DNA of 62,914 bases, filler included, from Chiloscyllium plagiosum (taxonomy: Eukaryota): the NCBI RefSeq assembly GCF_004010195.1. It is 3 parts of one record of this genome, joined end to end, with 100 filler letters (N's around TTAATTAATTAA, not from the genome) between each part and the next. Parts side by side here need not be neighbours in the genome. Positions count along the whole stretch, not along the records: positions 1 to 23,274 come from NC_057712.1; positions 23,375 to 50,104 come from NC_057712.1; 1 more part is not named here. One strand, written 5' to 3'. Below the pieces are notes generated by a model. The model did not search any database and was not told the DNA's origin. It was given only the letters and a program-made list of their open reading frames with translations. This document shows positions 11,901-24,777 of this stretch, one piece after another (the first letter of the stretch is position 1; every line of letters begins with the position of its first letter). The position numbers were made by a program, and so were the translations under genes.

Positions 11901-14900
11901 TTGCCCATGTGACAATGTCTGTGTAAGCTGGCTATTCACATTGGCCTCGCTGGCCGTCTAACCACAGGTACATGTGGCAATATGAGTACCGCCACAGAAA
12001 CCAATGGCTTACATACACTCATTTCTGAGCCATGCTTGAAGATCAATGAAGGAACAATCACAGAATTGTTATGGTGCATAAGGAAGCCATTCAGCCCAAT
12101 GTAGCTGCCTCAGCTCCCTGAGTATTTTAAGAAAGTGCTACTCTTGAGCCTTTCCCCCCAAAACCCTGCATTTCACCCAACACCCTCTTGATTACTTCAT
12201 TTGAACTTGCATCTGCTGTACTCCCAGCCAATGCATTCCGTATTTTGACTGTTCACTGTGTGTTCACTTTGTGTCATCTGGTATTTGCTTTTTTTGCAAT
12301 TCTCTTTAAAATTGTGCCCCCTAGTTCAACTCTTTGCATGACAGTCATGCTTACAACTCACTACATCACCAATTCACTCGAATTTGTCCAAACTGTGTTG
12401 ACACACCTCTGACATTCTCCTTCTCAACAGTAGACACTCTTATCCAAATGAACAAAACTTAAGTAGCATGTGCCTTCCTAATTCATGGGGTCACCCATCA
12501 AATCTGCCAGCAGCACTTGCTTGTGCTCACATTAGAGTTGTGAATCACCAGATGTAAACCCAACTAGCTCTCAGTTCTGCAGTCACAGAAGTATGCATAT
12601 TTGTGCTGCTGTATTTAGTTTTATTCATTCATGGGATATTGATGTCACTGGCTAAACCAGCATTTATTGTCTACTCATTATATTTTCATGTTCTGAAGAA
12701 GAAGCGTCATATCAGATTCAATATGCTAACCCTGTTTCTGTCTTCACAAATGCTGCAAGCCTGTTGAGTTTCTCTATAATTCTGTGTTTGTTTCAGATTT
12801 CCAGCATTTGCAGTGTTTTGCTTACATTAAATCTGGGTGTTACTAATGCATTTGAAAATGTTCTGGCTCATTTAACATCCATTCCCTTATTACCCTTTTA
12901 AGTGGACCTGAGACTGCATTATGCAGGTGCACAACATGCCCACTCCATAGCTTGATGTTGTGAAATCTATAAGTCAAAATTTGTTGTCTCGATCAAACAG
13001 CTAGTAACAATTCTGCTGTGCTGGCTTGACTGAAATTTTACATGTATGGTTTCACTCCCATGTCGGAAGCCTTCTTTGTACATATTGGTATCAGGACATT
13101 ATAGCAACCAGACATTTTGTGCGGAATTTACTATCATCAGTGAAGACTGGAGTTCAATATAAAATATTAGTTAAAATGCATTCATATTTTCATTACTTTT
13201 TAACTATTTCAGAAATAATCTTTAGTGAGCTCCATTGGTATACATGGACTAATTACAAACAACACATGCAGCTATTACTAAATTTCCCAAAATGATAAAT
13301 TTGTTAGCATAAGTTTGAAATGCATGACCAGTTTCCACTAATTATTCTGTTAAGATGCTTTATTTGTACTTTTTATTGAAACTCGATGAACTCCTAAAAT
13401 CCTGCCTGAGGCTCTTCTTCAAAATCCATTTGAAAATGTTCACTTCCCCACGACAGTTTGCAGGAATTGGATGGTGACTAAAAACTATTCATTTGGTTTT
13501 TTGAAACAGTAATAAAATATCCATGTGGGATATTCAAGTGAGTTCATGATTTGCATGGAGGTCTCTACATCAAACGTAGCGGGTGCTCTCTCTCTCTCAA
13601 ATATTAATGAGAGTCTCATCTCAAGTATCCTGTTGGCTCTCTGCCATGCTGTATCAAAGGAAGAGGAGAGTGGATTTACATGAAGGTTTTCACAGCAGTC
13701 ACTGTTAATAATGTCTTTTTATTTGTAGTCTCAATCTTGCAATGATTTCATTCAGTACAGCAACTGTTCAGAAATATCATGTATTACATATATTTATAAG
13801 ACTAGTGGGTGCGCTTGTTCACTCTGCAGGCATACTGATTTGTCGCGTGATAAATAGCAGAGGGTCAGTGGCTGAACAGTTCATTGCAATACTAATATTG
13901 ACATAAATGCAATTATGTTGCTTCAAACATTTTGTTTATCAGTACAAAGAACACTTCAAACATATGCCAGCCTTGTTGTTAGCCACACACCACTGTAACT
14001 ATTGGCATCAAAATCTAATAATCGAATGAGCACATCTGCACCATGGGTGTTTTGGGGCTGGGAATGGCTCTAGATATATAACATATCTGATGACTGAAGA
14101 GAGATTAGAGAACTCTACCTTTACTTCAAGCTTGCCTCATATTCCGTGATCATTACGATCAGAAATCAAGGGCAAATATCTGGAATATTTCAAGCAGATT
14201 CTGTTCAAACAAAATAGAACATGGCTGATTAGGAACAGGACAGTGAGGTATATGTGAATTGAGCATTGACAAGAAAGTTGTATATGGAAATTGTATGCAG
14301 AGATGAGAGATGAACAAGCATATGTGCTTGTGTAGAACTCCATAAAACAGATTTTAAGGATGCTTTTTTCATTGTTGTGCTGTACTAGAATGGGCTGCAA
14401 ATATAGGTTGTGCTGGAGATGAGCTAATTTTGTACCTTCAGCTAAATGGTGCTTATAACCCAAATTTGATATGCTCAGTATTGAATATCAATATAAAAAA
14501 TAAACTGTGAATACTTCATTTTGTGTTTTTTCTTGCTGGCTTTATTGTTAAACCTTTTCCATACAGTGCAACGTATCAATAACATTTGCCAGACTACATT
14601 GTCTAACCAAGGTTCTCTGAACAGTGTGGACGTGGCAGCGTCAGGATAGGAGATGAACTACATTTTTAAGTGACCACACTAAGAGAAGCTGAAGAAGACA
14701 GCTTATGGATTTTTCCATGGATATATTAATAGACAGACTGCTCTGCAAGTAGTCACAAGGCTGGCCGAGTCAGATAGATTCAAAGTTACCTGCCTAATAT
14801 GACCTACATGTCACAACTAGAGCAAGTAATACTTTTCAAACACATATCTTCCCATCAATTCCCATTGAATTCCTTACATCTTATATCCCCATCTGCTCCA

Positions 14901-15014
14901 ACTCATCTGAAGAGATAAAAACTGAACTAATCAACATGAATAAGTTTTGACTTACAATCACTCCTGATTATCGGATTAGGAACATGTAGTTAACAATATT
15001 TTACTTAATTATTA

Positions 15015-15312
15015 GTTCATGAGATGTTGAGATTACTGGCTCGGCCAATATTTAGTGACCTTACCTAATTTCCATGATGATGATGACCTGTCTTTTCAAA
15101 TGTCTGCAAACTCTGGAGCATAAGGGACACCAACCATACTGTAAAGAAGGGGATTGCAGGACTTTGACTCAGAGACAGTGGAAATGTAATGATAAAGTTT
15201 GAAGTCAGGATGGAGTGGGGTTTTGAGGTGAACTTGATGGTGTTGGTGTATCCATGCATCTGCTGCTCTTGTCCTTCCAGGTGGTAGAGTCAGGGTATGG
15301 CAGGTACTGTTG
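15015..15312 (-). mobile_element. L2-like LINE/SINE 3' tail
   Basis: Similar to 41200-41430 and to the reverse complement of 8190-8440. Confidence 0.55.
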
Positions 15313-16744
15313 AAGAACTAAAGTTATAGCTTTAATTGGAACAAAAATAACTTGTCCTTTAAAATAATATTGGAATACAAACAATCGACAGAACTTTTGA
15401 TGTCTTTGGCTAAACATTGGTGATATTGAGCTGTCAATGCCAGGTATACTGTGGTCTTAATGTATGTCCAGCACTTGTGTAAGTAAAGCTAATCAGTTAA
15501 CAACTTGCAGTAAACGTATCTTAAAAATTAGCCAGATTATCAAAGAGCTTATCCCTCAATAACGAACTCCTTGAAACTTTGAGTATTGATTCATAATCTA
15601 GGGATCGCTGTGCCTTTAAGTGGGTTATATTGTATTGATCAGCCTGGAGCTGTTTGTCAGCGTTATCATGTTTTCATGCCAGAAAGCAGCCAGCAACATG
15701 TGCCATCGATCTGACACTAGTTGAAATGGCTCATGGTTTGCTGAACAACGTGTAATATATGGTGTAGTGATTATGTGGTTCAGTTGATAGCAATCCCTTC
15801 AGTCTGTAATCATTGTAAAATGTTACCAAAAATAAATATCTACCATATCAGATTATAACATTCTTCTGTTGCTAAGTTAACAAATAAAGCTATTTTTCAC
15901 CCTTTGCTTGTGATTAGTCAAACATATTCATGTGGGATGTTAGAACAAGAGCAGTTAAAGTTGTTTGACCAAAATACACACCTAACAATCAAAGTCTGAG
16001 TAAGCTCTGTGTGCAATATTAAAAAAGTGACTCTGCTCTTCTATTAAGTTGAAAGTAAGTATGAATAAAATTAGAATGCTGTTGACTTCATTGGGTGTTT
16101 GTGCATTTTTTTCTAAAAGCACAGAAACACTTTTTACAATAATTTATTGTTAGCAATTCATGCAATAAAGTGTTCCACATGTGCAACAGCTACAGTTGAA
16201 GAAGCTTGCTTGATGTACAGTTCATGGATATATGGTTATTCCAACAGGAATAAGTGAACCCTTATGCCTGCCAGATTACTCTGTACTCGCTTGAGGCCAA
16301 TCTCTTCTGATGTCAACTATCTATTGGGGCATTTAAGAAACACTTTGTCTCAATTAATTCCAGAGAGTTTGGGAGATTTTCAACCATGGTACTGTTATTT
16401 ATTATCAGTTGTCTGAGTTTGTGGCTTTCTAAGAAAACATTTAAATGGTAGCTATTCCACATAGTGCAACTGTTCATTGTCCATTTCAACACTTAACGTG
16501 GCCTTCTACATTGATGTCCGTGGGTGCTAGTCATTCACATAACTATTAATTGAGTAAACTCTTAACTACAATCTGTAATGATCCATCATGAGCTAAAAAG
16601 AGGTTAAGGAACCTTAATGTACTACCTATTAATTACAAATATCCACCGCTAACTAAATGGATGTAATTCACCCATTCCATTAAAACAGCTACCAATAATC
16701 CAGAAAACAGGAATCCCCAATTCCGTATGACTAATGTAGTGATG

Positions 16745-16913
16745 TTAGATTAGAGTCTCCACCCTTCAGGCTCTCTGCCTGTATTCCTGATGAGGGGCTT
16801 TAGCCCGAAACGTCAATTTTCCTGCTCCTCGGATGCTGCCTGAACTGCTGTGTTTTTCCAGCACCACTCTAATCTAGACTCTGGATTCCAGCATCTGCAG
16901 TCATTGTTTTTAC
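16745..16913 (+). mobile_element. Short Penelope-derived element with hammerhead motif (family B)
   Basis: 14-bp TSD ctaatgta(g/t)tgatg at 16731-16744 and 16914-16927. Body matches the 3' end of the Penelope copies at 24249 and 32833. Confidence 0.8.
16783..16818 (+). ncRNA. Minimal type I hammerhead ribozyme motif
   Basis: CTGATGA-g-gggct(tt)agccc-GAAA-CG-TC; helix I weak. Confidence 0.6.
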
Positions 16914-18544
16914 CTAATGTATTGATGCACTTAGTCTTAACAATGAAATCCTTTGATAGTCGTCATTGAGCCATTAGATAACTACACATCTCTAGCCTAA
17001 GGTAGGAAGGATTCTTTTATTCATCTAAAATGGATCATGTGTAAATTAGATGTAGTAATGCTAATTATGTCAATTAAGAATGGAGGAAAATGTCCTCTTC
17101 ATACCATTTGCATTGAAATTGTAGCCAAGAAGATAAGCAATGTATTTAAGATTTCATAGACATAGTGAACAGAAAGAATCTACCTCAAGTATAAACAAAT
17201 TTGAGCAAATCGAGCTCCAGTTAGCACAGCAACAACTTGACTCACTAAAGAAGAATACTGGGAGGAAATCACCATCAAGTGTTTGAGTTATACAGGTCTT
17301 CAGAACATCAAGACGAAGATCTGAATTCAAATCTTTGCATGTTTTGTGGTCTTTTCAAAACTTATTTCTATCTCCTTTCATTTTTTTGTTGTCTGTTTCT
17401 GCATTTTTATTCCAATTTGAGCGTTATTCTTCCATTTGATGTCTTGTTTTGTCCCGATCTGCCTCTGTTATTTCTTTTTGATCTCAGGGCCTTTCCTCCT
17501 CTCCAACCCACCCCCATTTTGATCAGTGTACTTTTTGATATCCTCTTCCTTCAGCTTCTCTGTCTTATATTCCATCTACATTTCCTTTCATTTTGTCTTA
17601 TTTCTTTTGGAGCCCTTTTTTCTTTCATTAAATACTTCTTCATTTCCGTATATGTGTACTTGCCATGCTATTCCTAAGAATATCCTACAAGCACAATTCT
17701 CATTAGTGATAATGTGAATGAAACTAAATTCAATGAAATACTAGAGCAGTAGAGATTTGTGTTGGAATCCCAATAAACTATATCAGAGTAGCATTATGAA
17801 GGACTCTTATAGGCCACTGATGATGAGCCAACAACTTCCATTAAACAATATTTACATCAGACTTTCCACACTATCCTCAAGTTGAATCCAACACCTTTAC
17901 TTACAAAGTATCAGAAAATAATTTGTGTATCTCTACACTCAGTCATTAGTTTACATTTCTCTTGTAGCTTACATAATTCACTGATATATTTGTGTTAGAC
18001 ATATAAAGTGTCAGGACATCACAAACCAAAGCAGCCTCCTAATCCCCAGTAAATTCAGTTGCGCCTCATAGCTCAATACATGACTGAGTGCTCACCCACA
18101 TAAGGCTCCCTTCAGGATTGTTCTGCTATACATAAAATATCAATTATGACCATGATTTCCTTCATAATCATTCCCTCAATCATTTGTGCTATCACATGCA
18201 GAGTAGATTTAAGACTGAGCACTTTCCTATGGTAAGAGGGTGGAAACAGAGGGACAAATCATTGCCATGTATATCCAGTAGCTGGTTGCAAAGTACCATT
18301 ACTACAAGCCTGTGTCAGGTTATGAGTCTGGCATATATTCAGGAAATGGCTTTGAAATGACAAAGCAGAGAAACAGATGTACATTTATACATATCTCAAA
18401 AATAATAAGGACTGATATGTAACTCCACAACTGAATTTGGAACTTTACCGAACAGAATTTCTGCAAGATACAAGCAATTTTATAACATTGAAATTGCAGC
18501 TGATTAAGAAAATTGCAGTCTCATACCAGATTTTGTTAGAAAAC

Positions 18545-18843
18545 CTGAAGTTATCTTGAGAATGTGATTTAAAAGGAGTTCTGGGATTTACATTTTGATG
18601 AACTAAAAATAACAAAACATTATAAAAAGTGAAAGAGTTAATCTAATTTTGCTTAATATATTTCAGATGCATGACACTGTAATCTTTTGCTATAAATTCT
18701 GTGTCTTATGGTCCTGGTCCACACCCACCTGATGAAGGAGCAGCGCTCTGAAAGCTCGTGCTTCCAAATAAACCTGTTGGACTAGAACCCGGTTTTGTGT
18801 GATTTTTGCCCACACCAGTTCAACGCCGGCTCCTCCAAATCAG
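18545..18843 (+). mobile_element. Penelope-like element 3' end/pseudo-LTR (family A)
   Basis: Homologous to the 34940-35250 arm, which lies downstream of a GIY-YIG C-terminus. Confidence 0.75.
18726..18760 (+). ncRNA. Minimal type I hammerhead ribozyme motif, intact core
   Basis: CAC-CTGATGA-a-GGAGC(agc)GCTCT-GAAA-GC-TC-GTG. CAC/GTG form helix I; AGCT is a palindromic helix III. Confidence 0.72.
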
Positions 18844-19289
18844 ATTAATACAAATTGTGCTTATATACGGTACATCAGATGAATGCAGGGAACACTGATT
18901 CACTGGGGTGGGCCTTATTCTCTAATATTACAAGAGGCAGAAAGGGAAAATGATGCAAATTGTAAAAAATATCAACAAACAGCACTCCTTTATGGACTAA
19001 TTAAGAGTTAATTATATGATTATAACTGGAGTTAAATCAATTTTTAAAATATTAAAGAGAGGTTCCAGCAGACTGCAATATTTCTAGCTGAGAAGAAATT
19101 GCAAATGGTGAGGTTTATATCCTTTGTTTAATTGAAGTTTACAACAGATATTACAGTAGAGTGACGTTTAGAATCTTCAGGCAAGACAGAGGAGGCTGGA
19201 AAAAAATTGGTGTTCCATTATTAATCAAGAAATTAGTTCTTGTCATAAGGAAAAAGAATATCATGGGAGGGTCTTCAAAAAAAAATCTG

Positions 19290-20225
19290 GGTGGCATCAT
19301 GGCTCAGTGGTTAGCACTGCAGCTTCAACAGCATCAGGGACTGGGTTCAATTCCACCCTTGAGAAACTGACTCTGTGAAGTTTGCATATTTGCCTTGTGT
19401 CTGTGTGGAATTCCTCCTGTCACAAAGCTGTTCCTTTTCTCAAAGATACTGTGTCCTTGGTTTTTTTCAGAGGGGCTGTAAAGCCTTTCTCCGCTCCAAG
19501 ATGACTAGTTTGGTACAGAGTTGAAAAAGGATTTTGAGAGCCTTTTGTTCATGTGTAAACAGATGAGACTTCAGGCCAAAGTGGTCACATTTTAGAAGTG
19601 ACCCGTATAATAAAAGGGGAGTAGTCAGTTCACTAGCTGAGCAGTTCAGTCCAGAACTAGTTAGGAGTTTAACAGTGAGCTGTGTGGAAAAAGGTTGCTA
19701 AACTCTCTCTCCTTCTAACTTCAACCTGTAAGCATTTGTTCCATTTTTACCATTTCTTTTTAAGGGGGTTTGCTCACTGGGGCTGTTGTGCATTTTCAGA
19801 ACAGCGTAATAAAGTCTAGTTTGAATAGACTGAGTTCTGTAGTGTTCTTTATTCTGTTCTTTGTGTTTCATTGTGTAATTTCGTGAATAAATGTTTTGAC
19901 TGTTTAAAAACCTGGTAGTCCAACCTAGCTAATTTACTCCAGGTAGTTTTCACTTCCTGAAAAAAGTTGCAAAGTTATGATCTGGGTTGCCTACTTAAGA
20001 ATGTTTTGAGTGGTCTGGCTTAGTCCATAACACTCCCACAGTCCAAAGATGTGCAGGTTAGGTGGATTGGCTATGCTAAATTGTCTATTATGTCCAGGGA
20101 TGTGCAGAATAGCTAGACTAGCCATGAGAAATACATGGTTACAGGGAGTATCAGGGAGGGAGGATCTTCGTATGTACTCAATGGGCCAAATGGCTTGCTT
20201 CCACACTGTAGGGATTCTATGATAT
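19290..20225 (+). mobile_element. HE1 SINE split by a solo LTR (SINE parts 19290-19417 and 20033-20225)
   Basis: tRNA-like head tggctcagtggttagcactg..ggttcaattcc; V-domain resumes at ctcccacagtccaaagatgtgcaggttagg. Confidence 0.8.
19418..20032. mobile_element. Solo LTR, 615 bp
   Basis: TGTCAC...ATAACA termini, 4-bp TSD CTCC (19414-19417, 20033-20036), internal AATAAA. Confidence 0.8.
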
Positions 20226-21023
20226 CTATATCAATGCATCAATAAAGGAATAAACTACACAGACAACCCAAAGCAGGAATAGTGCTAGACTAAATGCAAA
20301 GATACTGTTTTCCAAGAATGAAACCACACTTAAAGAAAACGTGGGTCAGAGGCACAGATGCAATAACATAGTACTGATTCTTCAAACTGTCCTCCTTTCA
20401 GTTTCATACTGACAACCGAGTATTATTGAATTACCTCTTTATGTAATTATGTCCAGAGCTCAGGATTTTGCAGTTATTGACACAAAATTATTTTTCGCCA
20501 CACTTCAGTGATGCTACCACAACAAGTCGCTCAAGTTAAAAGCATCCAGTGCAGCATTTAAAAGAAATAAACATTCTAATTCCTGATATATTAGCTAAGG
20601 TACCTTGATTGCCACAGATGCAGTCCTAATGTCACATTGATATCTAAACTGTTGATTCAGAGTTTCTGAGAGTTGATTTTTGAATTCAATTAACTAATTC
20701 TGGGGCTCTGAGAGTTGATGTCAGGGCTTAATAGGGCTGATAATGGGATTCAGTAAGCTGATGTTAGGGCCATAAACTGAGATTGAAGTTAATTGGGCAG
20801 ATATTGGGACTCAGTAGGTCTGGCAGTATCTGTGAAGAGAAATACAGTTAATATTTTGAGTTAACAGGAATGTAACATTGTAGCTTGCACATAATAGTTT
20901 CTTGCAATAAATGTTGGACTCAGCAATATCAACATATCCAGGTTAATTTTCTTATGTTATGGGAAGCAATGCAAGCACTGTACATGGAATAAAATACCCT
21001 GCAGCTGCAGTGTGGTAGCAGTG

Positions 21024-21362
21024 TGGCATGGTGGCTCAGTGGTTAGCACTGCTGCATCACAGTGCCAGGGGCCTGGATTCAACTTCAGCCTTGGGTGACT
21101 GAGTGGAATTTGTACATTCTCCCCATGTCTGCGTGGGTTTTCTCCGGGTTGTTCAGTTTCTGCACAATCCAAAGATGTGCAGGTTAGGTGAACTGGCCAT
21201 ACTAAAAATTGCCCATAGTGTTCCGGGTGGCGGGGGGTATATTAGGTACATTAGTAAGGGATAAATGTAGGGTAGGGGAATGGGTCTGGGTGGGTTACTT
21301 TTCGGAGGGTCGGTGTGGACATCTTCGACCAAAGGGCCTGTTCCACACTGTAGGAATTCTAT
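21024..21362 (+). mobile_element. HE1 SINE
   Basis: A/B-box-like head, V-domain and HER1-like tail gggcctgttccacactgta. Confidence 0.88.
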
Positions 21363-22030
21363 ATCTAAGTACTTGAAATGTTGACTCAGTTTTTCTCTCC
21401 AAAGAGATTGTCAGACCTTTCAAGTTTCTCCATGTTTGTTTCAGATTTCAAAAGTCAAAAGTAATTTGTTTTTAATAGATGTTGAGACTTGCTCAGCAGA
21501 TTTTGGGGTTCTAACAAAACAATAACGGCGTGTTATCTAACCCTTCAAGATAAAGTTTGAGATTAGAATATACTCGACTGTCTGTTTATTTTTTTCTTTT
21601 ATGATGCTGTGATTTAAATTCTTTTTGAAGGAAATTGAAAGAAATCTACCAGAAGTAAGACTCAATTTTTTTTGTATCTTTACCTTTTTGTTAAACTTTA
21701 ATCATATTCTTTAAATTACCAAACCAATGAAAGTATTACTGTAAGAATTTGCTACTGGAACAAGAATAGCAAACTTTCCTCTTTCTAATCCATTCCTACC
21801 TACTCAAGCATCCATGGGAATTAATAATTCTTCAGACACATTGACATACTGCTACCACAATGCCAGCTTCTGCCAGCTGAAGGGTATTTTATTTGATGTA
21901 CAATGCTTACATTACTTCCCATAACAGAAGAAAATTAGCCTGGATATGTTAATACTGCTGAGTCCAACAGACATTTATTGCAAGAAACTATTATGTACAA
22001 ACTATATTGGCCACATGGTGAGGACAGTGA

Positions 22031-22051
22031 AGAGAGAGAGAGAGAGAGAGA
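22031..22051. repeat. (AG)n microsatellite
   Basis: Dinucleotide run of about 10 units. Confidence 0.85.
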
Positions 22052-22398
22052 AAACCTGAACAGTTACTGCCTTTGCTGTTTGAATTCATGTATTGCTGGA
22101 CATCGGAGTGCATCTGGGAAAATTAACAAACAGTGAAATTCACAACTACTCTTGGAGGAACTGTTGGGCGAAGTTCACAGCACAGAATCAGATAAGTTAA
22201 TTGTTGTTTTAAGTCTGTCCAAGAGAAAGGCTGCAGTAGTGAGGAGAGTGGATTCTTTCTTGATTATATGTTTTTGGAGATAAGTCTCTGGATTAAACTT
22301 AAAATATAAGCCATAGCTACTAATTTAACCTGGTACAGTGTTTGTAGAGGAATAAGACGGTGTTATTTTCTGGGTCTGTAGATTGTGAAGGAGCAAAA

Positions 22399-23274
22399 AT
22401 GGCCTTTGCAGTGATATGTACTTCTTGTCAGATGTGGGAGTTTAAAGAGAGTTTAAGGGTTACTGCAGATTATATCTGCCATAAATACTGTTGGATGTGA
22501 ATCTTATCAGATCGAGTGGATCGGTTGGAGATACAAATAGAAGCGATGAGGAATTTGCAACAGCAACAGTATGTGATGGATGGCAGTTATAGAAAGGGGG
22601 GAAGTCTCAGATACAGTCACATAGATGGGTTAACTCCAGGAAGGGTAAGAGAGGTAGACAGCTAGAGCAGGAGTCTTTTGTGGATATACCCATTTCAAAT
22701 AGGTATGCTGTTTTGGAAAATGTAGGGGGTGATGGATTCTCAGGGGAACGTAGCATAAACAGCCAAGTTTCTGGTATTGAGACTGGCTCTAAAGCAACGA
22801 GGGGTACATCGGTTTCCAAGAGATCAATTGTAATAGGGGATTCTGCAGTTAGAGGTACAGATAGACGTTTCTGTGGCCAGCAGAAAAAAAGCAGAATGGT
22901 GTGTTTTTTCCCTGGTGCCAGGATCAAGAATGTCTCAGAGAGGGTGCAGAATGTTCTCATGGGGGAGAGGGGCCAGCAGGAGGTCATTGTCCACATTGGA
23001 ACCAACGACATTGGAAGGGAAAAGGTTGAGACTCTGAAGGGAGATTACAGAGAGTTAGGTAGAAATTTAAAAAGAAGGTCCTCAAGAGTAGTAATATCTG
23101 GATTACTCCCAGTGCTACAAGTTAGTGAGGGCAGGAATAGGAGCATAGAGCAGATGAATGCATGGCTGAGGAGCTGGTGTATGGGAGAACGATCACATTT
23201 TTGGATCATTGGAACCTCTTTTGGGGTAGAAGTGACCTGTACAAGAAGGACGGATTGCACCTAAATTGGAAGGG
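22399..23274 (+). mobile_element. CR1 LINE ORF1 remnant (Cys motif + SGNH esterase domain)
   Basis: MAFAVICTSCQMWE..YIC; PISNRYAVL; IVIGDSAVRG; PGARIK; VHIGTNDI; DGLHL in a shifted frame. Contains stops and frameshifts; ends at a gap. Confidence 0.85.
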
Positions 23275-23374
23275 NNNNNNNNNNNNNNNNNNNNNNNNNN
23301 NNNNNNNNNNNNNNNNNNTTAATTAATTAANNNNNNNNNNNNNNNNNNNNNNNNNNNNNNNNNNNNNNNNNNNN
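23275..23374. other. Artificial assembly spacer N44-TTAATTAATTAA-N44
   Basis: Exactly 100 bp; identical structure at 50105-50204. Confidence 0.92.
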
Positions 23375-24248
23375 CCTTGATTTCCATGTAAAAAAATTTG
23401 CTTCGTCTTTTTTTAAATCTCTCTCATCTTAAAAGTGTGACCCCCCCAGTCTTGAAATCTCCCATCCTACAGAAATAACAACTACCATTAACTCTATCTG
23501 TACCTCTCATTATTTTATGAAGTTCTTTCTGATCGCCTCTCATTCTCCTACACTCTGTTGAAAATAGTCCCAGCCTATCCAGCCTTTCTTTATAACGCAA
23601 ACCTTCCATACCCTGCAACATCCTGGTCAATCTCTTCTGAACCCTCTCCAGGTTGATAATATCCTTCCTATTACTGGGTGACCAGAACTGGACACCGTTT
23701 CCAGAAGAAGCCTCATCAATCTCTGGTACAACCTTAACATGACTTCCTAACTCCTGTACTCAGAGGACTGAGGAATGAAGGCAAGCATGCCAAGCTCCTT
23801 TTTAACCACCATGCCTATATGTGACGCAAACTTCAAAGAATTATGTACCTGCACATCTGGGTCCCTCTGTTCTATAACACTACCCAAGGCCCTACCTTTA
23901 ATTGTATAAGCACTAACCTTGTTTGTTTGTATCCAAATTGAGCTCCATCTGCCGTTTTACAGCCCATTGACCCATTTGATCAAGATTCCTTCGCAATTTT
24001 AGAAAATCTTCTTAACTGTCCACTATGCCACCAATTTTGGTGTCTTCCGCAAACTTGCTTACCATGCCATCTATATTCTCATCCAAATCATTTATATAGA
24101 TGACAAACAAATGAGGACCCAGAACCGATCCCTGTGGGACACTACTGGCCACGGCCTCCAGTCTGAAAAGCAACCCACCACTATTACTCTGTCTCCTGAA
24201 TCCCTGAATCCCATAGCTGGAATCCCATAAAATGACCTAACTTTACTA

Positions 24249-24777
24249 CTTGCGGAGCGTTTCAGAGAACACCTCTGGGACACCCAGACCAAGCAACCCA
24301 ACCACCCTGTAGCTCAACATTTCAATTCCCCCTCCCACTCCACCAAGGATATGCAGGTCTTTGGACTCCTCCATCGTCAGACCACAACAAAACGACGGTT
24401 GGAGGAAGAACGCCTCATCTTCCGCCTAGGAACCCTCCAACCACAAGGGATGAACTCGGATTTCACCAATTTCCTCATTTCCCCTCCCCCCAACCCTGTC
24501 TCAGTCAAATCCATCGAATTCAGCACCGCCTTCCTAACCTGCAATCTTCTTCCCGACCTCTCCGCCCCCACCCCAGTCTGACCTATCACCCTCACCTTGA
24601 CCTCTTTCCACCTATCACATTTCCGACACCCCTCCCCCAAGTCCCTCCTCCCTACCTTTTATCTTAGCCTGCTGGACAAACTTTCCTCATTCCTGAAGAA
24701 GGGCTTATGCCCGAAACGTCGATTCTCCTGTTCCCTGGATGCTGCCTGACCTGCTGCGCTTTTCCAGCAACACATTT
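24249..24777 (+). mobile_element. 5'-truncated Penelope-like element (family B): GIY-YIG endonuclease C-terminus + 3' UTR
   Basis: LAERFREHL..HPVAQHFNSPSH..RRLEEERLIFRLGTLQPQGMN; perfect 12-bp TSD ctaactttacta (24237-24248, 24778-24789). Confidence 0.9.
24689..24724 (+). ncRNA. Minimal type I hammerhead ribozyme motif
   Basis: attc-CTGAAGA-a-GGGC(ttat)GCCC-GAAA-CG-TC-gatt. Confidence 0.68.

Noticed and set aside
14567..14790. Possible non-coding exon after a strong pyrimidine tract
   Set aside because: No convincing donor or coding signal; cannot be supported without transcripts.
17279..17690. 132-aa hydrophobic ORF, with a purine-rich minus strand, as a possible exon
   Set aside because: A product of T/C compositional bias; the minus-strand frames I read contain stops and no recognisable domain.
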